The notes beneath the pieces were generated by a model. That model ran no database searches and had not been told where the DNA came from. It worked only from the letters and a program-made list of their open reading frames with translations. A DNA stretch of 64,000 nt, from positions 83,582-147,581 of the forward strand of contig NIVC01002712.1 of assembly GCA_002269645.1 (NCBI GenBank), written 5' to 3'. Of this stretch, positions 53,801 through 64,000 are shown piece by piece; position 1 is the stretch's first letter, and the number at the start of each line of letters is the position of its first letter. Source of the stretch: Macrostomum lignano (taxonomy: Eukaryota). A program made the translations under genes and the position numbers.

Positions 53801-56800
53801 CCTAAACAAACTTTCAGAGAAGGCCGCTATCGAGTCGCGATTCAATGTTGCGGAATGTCGAGACAATCTCAACTTCGCGCAGGACACGCTGAAAGAGGCA
53901 AGAAGCTTTAAAACATTAATGGAGATGGGTTTGATAACAAGCGTTTGTTTGAATGTACTGTACATACGTGTGGTGTACTCGTGAATTCCAAGTGAGGCAA
54001 GTATAGTTTGGCATGATACTCGTAAGCGCTTACAAGTTCATCAACTCAAGTAAATTTCAGTTGTGGGTCTCTGTACCGTCAATTGACTTATGAATACAGA
54101 ACTTGACTTATTGATTAGCTGGAAATTTCTAAAATGAAATGTTTACTGCATAAGGTACGGAAGGTTACTACATGGAAACCTCAACACGATAGACTTGCAT
54201 TTTTGTCTCCCCTATTAATGCCAATCAAATAATCTCGACGCATTAATTACGCTTGCAGATGCAGGGAAAAATTCGCGACAAACTGAAGGATCGCTTTGAA
54301 ATTGTGCAAGCGCCCAGGGACATGACGCTCAATCAGATGTGCATTTCACTGATGATCAACTTGGTAACTTTTTGAGATCACTATTCACACATTTCTACTC
54401 AGACAGTAGTCTGATTTGCACTTCATTCGTTTATTTGCAGAGTCTGTCCAACGGAGCTGCTTTTTGCAAACTGCTTGACCCGGAGCTGATTCTCGAGAAC
54501 AGGCGCATTGTGCTGCAGTCCAAGAAAAATGGCGAATTCTACGACGATTTTACCAGGAAGACTGAAGGTGAAATGTTTGTTGAAAGTTTATGAATTTAAC
54601 GTTAAATTTGTGCTATTGTCTTATACATTTAATACAGTCAAACTAGAATGATTATTATTACATGTTAGGCTTGAATTTGTAATTATAGGTTATTAAGCGC
54701 AAACAGAAGGGAGAAAATGGAACACTTACATGCTTGCAATTGTAATTACGAACTCTATGGAAGTCTAGACCGATCTCCCACGATTCCCATCCCAGTGACC
54801 GTCCGCCAGATGCTTCGCCAGCCCAGCAGAGACTCTATCCTGCTTGACCCCGCCGAGCATCCCCAGTTCGACATATACGTGGAATGCCAGAGCAAAAACA
54901 GTCTAATTGGAGTTGGCGAGTCCGTGCTCTACCAGGTGTTTCCCGGCACCCTGGAGATCTGGCAGAACGGTCTGCTGAAGCACGCCAAAGAGGGCAACTA
55001 CCACGCCATTCAAAAGCTGATCACCTTTTTTAGCTTTGTCCCGGACTTCATCAACTATAGAGAGCCGGGCAGCCTCAATACCGCGCTGCACTACGCCTGC
55101 CGCTACGGGCAGTTGCGGGTGGCTCTGCAGCTGCTGCAAAACTTTGCCGACATTGATGCCAGGAATGTGCACAAGTGCACACCATTGTTCCTGGCCGTGG
55201 AGTCGGGGAACCGGCGAGTCTGCCAGGTAGGCTGTTGGGGTGGAAGACTGGTGGGTTGTCAGGGGTTGACTGGATCGAGTCTCGGGGGGAATGTGAGGAG
55301 TTAGAAGAGACTGGGTGAGTTGGGAATGTTGGCAGTCAGGAGACACTGTCGTTTGTCAAGGGAACTGTAGGGCGTCAGAGATGGTCAAGGTGTCAGGTTA
55401 CACTTGTCCTGTTGGTGGTCATGGAAAGCCTTTTGGTGTATCAAAATTTATAGTTAAATTTACAATAGATTCAATTCTTAACTGTCGCCTCAGTGCCGAA
55501 TTCCTCCATATCGTCCTATCCCACGCGCTTCCACCAGCTTCTGATTGAATGGGGCTGCGACATCCACGCCAAGAACATCCAGAAGCTAACAGCATTGGAG
55601 GCTTCAAAAAGCGATGAGCTTCGCCGTAATCTAATGCGGCACTACCAGTACTACTCCACCACCGTGCCGCTGGTCGTGTCGGGCCAGCTGCAGCACCTTT
55701 CCGACATGATTGAAGATCACGTGACTAAACGACACGAGCTTGTTAGCATCCAGAGCAGGTGAATATTATTCAGTCTTCAGTCTGAGCCGCCAGTGTCAAA
55801 CATATTTGTTGATAACAGTCAGAACCTTCAGAAGCACTACTATACATGTATATACAATACAAATCCGGATCTTTCTCGGTCCTCTGTAGGTGTCTAAACG
55901 GCAGCACTCTGCTTCACACGGCCGCCTACTTCGACCATCTACTGCTAATCCGTAGACTTCTCAAGCTCAAAATTGACGTCTCAATTCGAGACTACAAGGG
56001 CGCGGGCGTCCTGCATCGCGCGGGCAGCGTGCTCGGCGCTAGAATCCTGCTGGAGGCCGGGGCCGATGTGCAGCTGCGTGATCGCGAAGGCAACCAAGCG
56101 CTGCACGTCAAATGCTTCGGTGAAGACGGCAAACAATCCCAACTGGATCTTATCCGGTTCCTATTGGACAACGATGCTAGCCCCACCAGCAAGAATGACA
56201 AGGTGAGCAAGGGTCCAGCTGACCCAATTTACACTCGAAATCGTGTCAATATCACTAGATACGAAGTTCAGTGGCCATATTTAGAGCTTTTGCTCGAAAA
56301 AATTAGTCTGGGTTTATCCGGCGATTTTCGCACTTGACATTTTGCAGTAGTATGTATGTGCTCAGGGGTCAGCAGAATGAGCATACCTGCTTGTCCCCTC
56401 ACTGGATGCGGGTCGCCTTGATTTTCGGCAGCCTCAAGCCTACTACAAAGTAATTAATAACTAACCTGTGTTTTGTCCCCAAGTTTTAGTGTGAGCTGCA
56501 AGTAAATTAGAGTGAAAAAATTAAATATCGTACGACTGCAATTCACTGCCAGTTGATATTATACTTGCTACAGATCAACTAAATTTTCTAATTACGAGTC
56601 GTATTCGGGACGGGCGTTTTCTGCTTTTAACGTAAACACTTACGAGCTATTGTTCGATAAGAAACCAACAGTTGTGACTATTCCAGGCGTCTTAAGAGTA
56701 AAGTTTTTTTCGATTATATCGATTTATATCGATTCGATTTATCGCCTAGGATTGCACGGGTTAATAAACTTTCTCGTACAGCAATTCAATGTTGACGGAT

Positions 56801-59603
56801 TGACGGATAACGACTTCATATATGCGTCATTTTATTTTCAGTATTTTTCTTCAAAAGGTAAATTTCATTTCAGACAATATTCAAGAAAAAAAATATTCAA
56901 CTATTGCTTAATTTGCTCCTTCCTTTGAACAAAGAAACTCTTCATTTAGATTTTTTTACAATCACGGCACAAACTATTTAAATTTGCACTGTATTGCTGT
57001 CAACTCTGCATATTGCTCTTTGTCTTATTGCACTGGCAGCATTTTCGACACAAACTATTTTGCCTTAACATTTTGCATAGCTTACTTGACATCGTACAAT
57101 CTGGAATTTTCAAGCCCTAATCCGTACACCGCTACTAACCCATTAAAGTCCCTTTTACCTCGTATACCATAAGCATCCCCTCCCAGTATAGTACCATGTA
57201 CCTCTTCACTTACATACACCTTTATATCCGCAATATCCTAAGTCTTTCCATCAATCATTGCCAATGTCAATTTACAGCCCCAGGGCAATCTATCCACTAA
57301 TTCCTGATAGGCAGTTAGAAATAGACAAACGACGTGGACAAAAAATTCAGGGTTTCCCTCTCATAAAACATTGATCCTTCTATTCTACGTTCTAACTTAA
57401 CTTAATTCAATCGTTCTGCGGTAGGGAATTGAGGTTGTTCCAATTTCAAGCGTAGGTGCATTTAAATTCTGTACACAGTCTAAGATATAGCAGTTTGCGT
57501 TCGATTGAAGAACCATAGCGTTAAATTTAGCGCCTATTGTAAAAAACGGACGAAGTTGAAGAACGTCAAGGCCAACGTGCTAAAAAAGCAGAACCATGTC
57601 TCTCGCTCTTGTTGTAAATCGCGCGAGCCATTTCTCTTGCAGCGTGCGTGCTATAGCCTAGATATTTTCACTTGAACGCTAAAATTATTCAAAAGTATAC
57701 AAAAGCTAAGTTCTCGCTGGTGATTCGACATTTTATTAAAAAGCTCATAGATTTAGATAAACTGCCGTCTGCACTCCGCAGCAGTTTCCATCTCACTTCT
57801 GTTCGTGTCATCCTCAATGCGAATGAGTGGTACTCAGGCAACATCTCGAATTCCCTGCTATTTTTAATTTGAAAAATTTAAAATTAGGCATTTTTTCATT
57901 GTGAAGAGCTAATGAATTTTATGCTTTTACATGATTAGTTAGTTTAAATTTACTTTGTATTGCTCGTATTTGTAGAAAAACAGTGAGCAACATTAGCGAG
58001 AAAACATGTTCTGTTTTATAAAATGATGTGATTAGAAAGACAGTAATTTACCTGCTTCCCTCTCCTCACTCCTATATTATAGCAATATTTAAATCTCTCT
58101 TTACCCATACTTCTCAAAATAGTTTCTAAAGCAACTAATTGTTCGTACCCTTAAGCACGCATTCCAATCGGCGCCACTCGAACAGGACCTGATGCCCATT
58201 CACTGTGCTGCTCTGCAAGGCCGCACCGACGTGATCAATCTGCTGCTGACGCACGACGCTTCAGTCGGCGGTGGCGCCATACTGCGCAGCCTCGGTCAGG
58301 AGTCATCAACTCATCCTCCTAGCCTGGTCTGCCTGTCTCTGACTGGTGGATTTGTCGAATGCGCCGACTGGCTGCTTGGCAAAGGATTCGATCTGAAACA
58401 AGATGAAGCTTCGCGCATGCTGTACAAGCTGGTGTCCGGGGAGCTGCAGATCGCTAGGCGCTTCCTCACTCTGGGATTCTTGCTAGACAAGTGCGGCGCC
58501 GATCCTAGCGCTCAGTTTCCACCTGACGGGGCCACCGCCTTGCACTTGGCTGCCGGACTATCGGAGGGCTCGGACATGATGCTGCTGCTGTTGGACAAGG
58601 GAGGCTGCCCGGACGCGCGAGCCGGAGACATGGCGACGCCTCTGTTCTACGCATGCAGGTGAGCGACGCACCGACATTTGAAGCAAGATCTGAAAGTTGC
58701 AGTATCTTAGAAATAAAGTTCGAAGGCACAGGCCTTTCTTTCCATCATACTCATTTCTGCTAGCTTGGTCCGAAATGAGGTCTGAGACAATTGAAGAGAT
58801 TTTTTATTTTTGTTTAAACTGGGAAATATTGAATCAAATGAACCTTATAGAGGTGTCATTTTAGAGACTTCTTAAGCATGCGCAGAACACGTTTAGAGGT
58901 TGCAATGTGAGTCATTATCAATATTTCGTACGTCTGCAACCGCAAGTCATTAAGGTATATAATATATAGTTGCGGTACAATACAAAGTTGCGTTAACTTT
59001 GGATGTCTATTCAGTTAGTTCACATAACACTAAAAAACGAGTGAAGATTGACGATAAACCTTAAGTTTGAGAGTATGACTATATGACTATAGCAGCACAA
59101 TCAGTTGACTGAATGAGGCTGACTAGGTATTCAAAAGCGGAAATGTCTCGCAGGGAAATTCAAGTGAAGTTGAAAATTTTCGCTTTTCACACTATAGAAG
59201 CGGCAACCAGCTCTCAGCCAGTTTGCTGATCGAACGCGGAGCCGACACAAAATGCCGAGCGCAGAACGGCTTAGCGGCCTTTGATCACATAACCGATTTC
59301 GACGAATGGCTCACCTGCGGATATTTTAGCGATCAGGTGTGCGCCCGAATCAGAGCCTATCAGCTAAAGCGAACTCGCGACTCAATTCGCGGCCTGCTTC
59401 GTCGAGTAAAGCCAAACTCGGCTAAGGCCTCGACTGCTGAGGTGATTGCTGCAAACCTCAGCGTCACTCTGGCAAACGAGCTGCCTCCTCTGGTGTCTGG
59501 AAGTGGCGGCGGTGGCGGCAGGCCGCTGCTGCACCGGGCCAGAACTACAATGATGCTGCCGCCGGCTGGAACTAGACTGGCTGCCAGCGGTGTGCTCACT
59601 TGA
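50871..59603 (+). CDS. Calponin-homology-like domain plus ankyrin-repeat protein, multi-exon
   Basis: Exon 1 has GFTAWVNLRL...DLMSG...LIESLTG (CH signature). Later exons carry ANK repeats (NTALHYAC, TPLFLAV, STLLHTAA, MPIHCAA, TALHLAA, TPLFYAC). Stop at 59601-59603; middle exons are only partly resolved. Confidence 0.78.
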
Positions 59604-61239
59604 CAGACAGAATGAGCTGCGATTTCATGTCTACTTTGCTGTGAAAACTTTTAGAATAGCTTTGCCCTTCGATGGTATTTTTTATCTACAACGTTCACTA
59701 TTTTAACAAAAATTGCGACAGTGCATCTACGAGCTAATTTGATAGGCTGAAAAAAATAAAACGATTCAGCTTGTTTTATTCCGAACAGTTTTAAATATTA
59801 GAGTTGTACTCGTAGTTAGCATAGCACCCAGTGAAAATTTACCACAGTCTTGATGGACGTGAAATGCTTTTCCTGCCCCTGACTGCCTTGAATCAATCGT
59901 ATATTACTCGTATTACCTCTCATATGAGAGTAGGAATGGGAGGTGGAGAAGGCGAAGACAAGTTCCAAAGGATTCTTTACTTTAGACCATAAACGATTGT
60001 GTCATATTTTTAATATAGCTTTTGTCGCGCTATGTGGAACAGGGGCATGCAAAATGGACCGGCCTATAGAATTCTATGGCCAGGCGTTTGATATACTTGT
60101 AAATTGAGAAAGCAAGCCAGAGACAACGTAATTTGACATGCAATATGACCCATACATGTAGCTGTTTCTCAGCTCACGGGACAAGTCTGCATGCTTCTAC
60201 GTCAGTGGCCAGTCATCAAGCACACGAGTCAGACGAACAACCATCTAGCGTTCCAACTGCTGTCTTAAGTCATGTAAAAAACGGGGCAAAATGTTACCAA
60301 GATATTTGAGTTCTTAGCTTGGAAAAGGACGCTTTGCCAATTTTGAGCTTTCATGGCTCCTGACTCTGACTATATTAGTTTCTGATTCTTTTATGTCTGT
60401 TTCTTCTGTTCTTGTAGTTTGAACTACACAAAAATATCAATCAAGATATGAACAATGAAATCGCAATAATCAAATATCAGCCCGCCCGATAGCCACGAAG
60501 TTATGTAACAACTGTAGGCTAGCAGATAAGAACAAATTGTCTTTTGATCATATACATTCTCAGCAGGCGAGCTGTCTTGCACTTGCGTCCATCATAAAAA
60601 ATGATGGCAACCCGAGGTTGAAAATTAAAACTAATTTTGCTTATACTCGGGAATTTCGTTTCGAGAGCATGACTGTGTGTGGTTAACGTACTTAAAATAT
60701 ACGAGCTGGACTAAGTTTGACGCAAACTTTCATTCCTGGCTAAAAACAAAAACGTTGCGTGTAACAAATTTTAGAAAAAGTTGTTAAACTCATCGCGACA
60801 GTTTGTTACGAGTTTTTTTATTACTATACGAGGGTACAGATTGGAATGCTTCAATGCTTCAAATTGAAAAACCCAACGGCATGTTTTAGACTTATTTTTG
60901 TTATAAAGGTAAGAAACGATAAATATATGTATGTAGTAGTGGGACTATCACTGTTGACATTTTTAAATTTCGTGAAAATTTTGCATGACGTACATTTCCG
61001 TGTCCCTTTTCCTGGTTTGACATCTTGGAGGACCTGTCGCCGGGGCTTTCCCTTCCCAGCTTGCACTCTGGGACTTCGCTACAAGAATTCCGTGCTACTC
61101 CGCCTGGTTTCCGGAACCCCGAGTGTGCATCCCCCTTCTGCATCAAGCATTTAATCATTTTTGTTATTTTGTTTATTCCGCTCTTGGGACTACTGTACGT
61201 CCCACTAAAGGATTACCCACTTCCCATACTTCGAATTTG

Positions 61240-61507
61240 CTTAGCGGAAGAGATGGAGAGGCCAGAGAGAGAGGGAGGAGAAGTAGCGATCGATAATAGT
61301 AACGGAACTGAACAGGGGAAGAGAGAAGGCGCGCATGCGGGCCGCATCGAAAATGGGGATACGCTAGACAAAGAGAGTAATAAAACTATTTGGGTATACA
61401 ACACACGCAGCCGCACTAGGCCACCCGTCAGATACCAGTGTTATCTAAAAAAAGCAACCTACTATATGGAATTTGTTAGAAAACCTAAACTTATAGCAAT
61501 CCAATAA
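61240..61507 (+). pseudogene. Possible remnant of a retrotransposon integrase C-terminal tail
   Basis: Low-complexity stretch ending NTRSRTRPPVRY, typical of LTR-element pol termini and positioned upstream of the ORF3 homolog. No integrase core is visible. Confidence 0.35.
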
Positions 61508-61691
61508 GAATGCAGTTGCAGTTTATTGCGCAACGGCCAGAAAAATTACGAATAATTCTCGTAAATTAAAACAAGTCAGTTTGTTTGAAATAACTCACAG
61601 TGGGGGGGGGCAAAACTATATAAATAAGACACTTGAGACAGGAACGAGGCAAGAGAGAATTTAGAAGCTAGAATTAGGAACAAATTTTACA

Positions 61692-62617
61692 ATGGACGAG
61701 ATAGAATTATTCGCTGATTTTGAAGATCTATTAATCCAATTTACGTTACCAAGCCCAGGAGAAGCGGTGAACGCCCCAAGTATAGGAAACTCAGGAGAGG
61801 CGGTGAACGCCCAAGAACCCAAGAAAGAGCCGAGAGAAATGAGAGCCAAGCAAAAGGAAGAGGCGCAATCTAATAGCAATCAAACCGGCAGCCAGATCTG
61901 CACCGGTGCCGCATGAGCTGGGCGCTCGTGCCGCCTTATTGCAAGCACAGGCTACCAAACCGGTGGTTGTGGAATCAACCATGATGAAGCGCCAGCCTGA
62001 GGTCGCAACGGCCACACAGTACATCGCTGCCAAGCGTCCCCAGACGATAGCGCCCAAGAAAGGCCGGGTCAACGTTGCATTAGCTACGGCCACCGTCAAC
62101 ATCACGACAGCACCCGCGGCAATCGTCGACATCACGGCAGCCGCCGTTGTAGGCAAGTGCAAACCGACGGGGTTTACACCCGAGGACGACGAGTTCCGAC
62201 CGATCTGCGCCTTGAGCTTCGAGATAGGCGAACTGCCCCGCAGCATCCCCAGATGATGCGGGAGCCAATTTTTCGGCCGTGCTAGACACCGTCCCGCAGT
62301 CGCGACAGGACTACTTCAAGAGTTGTATAGGACAGTTGAAAGGCTATCTAGTGAGAGTGGCGCAACTACGGGTAGATGGCCGAGGCTTCCTACCTCAAGC
62401 TGAAGAGCCGCGAGAGCTCATCAAGACGATGAAACTGAGCTTCAACTACGAGCAATGCATTGCTGCTTGGCGCCGAGCGGTCTGTACGCGCTGCAGACGA
62501 TTCACCAGTCGGGCTGGGCGTACTACCAGGCACAAGTCCGACACGAAGTGTGTTGGATGCAGGCTACAGACCTTGGCTGGCCAGGGGCAGACCATCTTCC
62601 GACAGAATTCGCTATGA
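61692..62617 (+). pseudogene. Frameshifted homolog of the Gypsy ORF3 accessory protein
   Basis: Three consecutive frames (61692, 61906, about 62252). The C-terminal YFKSCIGQLKGYLVR...LPQA...EQCI...VCTRC matches ORF3 KFRRCRRALKKYILR...LPEA...EAI...ACTYC. Confidence 0.6.
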
Positions 62618-62681
62618 ATTAGAAAAATAATTAACGTCGCATTTATAAATACTGATTAAATAAGACTCTTATATATACTCG

Positions 62682-63919
62682 TGTGGTGATCCAGCATAGC
62701 TAGCATAGGCTGCTCCTGGGATCCCCCCTTAGTCAGTTAGTGCTTGGGCTGCAGCAGTGGGAGCTGGGCATAGGGCTGTCCCTTCCCCTTCTTCCTTGTG
62801 CAGGCTCAGGTGTGCAGCTGTCGCGGGACAGGGAGAGAAATCTCTCCCCCTCTCCCCCTGGCGCAGTCTGCAATGGGCTAAAAATAGAAACATTAGTCAG
62901 TGGGATATTTCTCCCTTAGTACAGGCTTATTTAGTCAGCGGGAGTGAGAGCATAGCTCTCCGCCCGGGTAGGATCTCGTGGGGTCTTGGTTGCACTCCTT
63001 GCATGCGGCAACATGCAAGCAGTGTACCAGCAGGCCATGCGGAGGCTGCATGATGAGGCAGATGTCTTATGGACATCTCCAAGATCGCTCCTGGCTCCGG
63101 GTAGTCCACGGAACTGCCATGGGATCTGCCACGGAACTGCCTCTGAGCTTCCCATTGGCCCTGAGACCCCCGAAATTTAGTATAAATACAGAATAGGTGA
63201 AGGCCAAAGAGACCATCCTCTCGGAGACCGCCTGCTTGGCTTCGAGCAAAGGCTAGTATTCCTAGATGCTTTTCCTAGACGAACTAGCTTAGGCAGATCG
63301 CTAGACGTTTTTCCTAGGGATAACCTGCTAACAAATCCTTGTTGCAGCTGCCATTTGCTCATTAAGACTGCCGCAGGTCCTTGTGTCAGCAGCTCACCAG
63401 ACCTTCAACACCGTCTGGACCTGGTCTCGTGGCCTACAACCTACACTGCTGGGCAACATCAACTGACGCACAGTACAGCTTAGGGCGTTTACTGCGACAC
63501 CAGTTGAGCTACTAAACGATATTTTAGGATCGGCCTGTGACCGTTACTCACATTAATAAACGATTAACTGACTTGTTTGTCTTATTTATTTTCTACTTAT
63601 CAGTAGGCCTACCTAGGGGTAACCTGTCGAGGATATCACCGGTAGACCTACAAGGTGGCAGCAACCCAACTACCAATACTCGGTTATTATCTAACTGTAC
63701 TCAGTGGAGACTAAGAGGGTTAATTCGGACCATATGTTAGACCACTCAGGCCAGCTACCGGCCGTGCTAGATAGCGAGGACAGACAGAGGAAGTAGTAGG
63801 CAACAACAGTAATCACCAAAGAGACGGGGATCCACAAGGCCATTACATTGGTTACATTGGTGGATCCGGCACCAGCATTACATTGGTGGCAGCGGAGAGC
63901 AAAAGGCACAGCCATTACA
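62682..63919 (+). mobile_element. LTR of a second LTR retrotransposon extending beyond the window
   Basis: Begins TGTGG (start tentative), has TATAAATA at 63181 and AATAAA at about 63555, and ends ...TTACA followed by an 18-nt PBS. Confidence 0.65.
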
Positions 63920-63920
63920 C

Positions 63921-63938
63921 TGGTGGCAGCGGTGGGAT
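63921..63938 (+). promoter_or_regulatory. Primer-binding site complementary to the tRNA-Leu 3' end
   Basis: TGGTGGCAGCGGTGGGAT is the reverse complement of ATCCCACCGCTGCCACCA, the eukaryotic tRNA-Leu(AAG)-type 3' terminus. Confidence 0.88.
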
Positions 63939-64000
63939 ATCAAGACCTACCCGACCACCAGGGAAATCCTTGTTCTATCTCGGGCGAAAGCCACGGCATA

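Noticed and set aside
63921-63938. tRNA-Leu gene
   Set aside because: Only the 18-nt complement including the CCA is present, which is a PBS; there is no cloverleaf.

Overview
Eukaryotic (invertebrate animal) genomic DNA with GT-AG introns that are often filled with minisatellites. The style resembles a flatworm such as Macrostomum, but that is an unverified inference. Left to right: (1) A full-length, very young Ty3/Gypsy LTR retrotransposon (454-8906) with apparently identical 575-bp LTRs and a GTAG TSD. It has gag, a -1 frameshift signal, pol with two 1-nt indels, and an extra non-env ORF3. It sits in an interspersed repeat whose empty-site sister copy is at about 11.5-12.2 kb. (2) An intron-rich, frameshifted hAT-family transposase on the minus strand (12.8-16.7 kb). 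(3) Two paralogous minus-strand genes whose splice phases join an N-terminal ankyrin-repeat exon to a Mab-21/cGAS-like (cGLR) nucleotidyltransferase with an intact catalytic triad (18.5-22.2 kb and 28.7-34.3 kb). (4) Between them, a roughly 3-kb inverted duplication carrying two convergent copies of a 75-aa secreted peptide gene. (5) A long vinculin/alpha-catenin-family gene (37.3-49.7 kb). (6) A calponin-homology plus ankyrin gene (50.9-59.6 kb). (7) A decayed homolog of the Gypsy ORF3, followed by an LTR with a tRNA-Leu PBS at the right edge. All gene models and alignments were made by eye, with no database searches. The most notable observations are the duplicated ANK-cGLR cluster with its embedded peptide palindrome and the conserved retrotransposon accessory ORF family.
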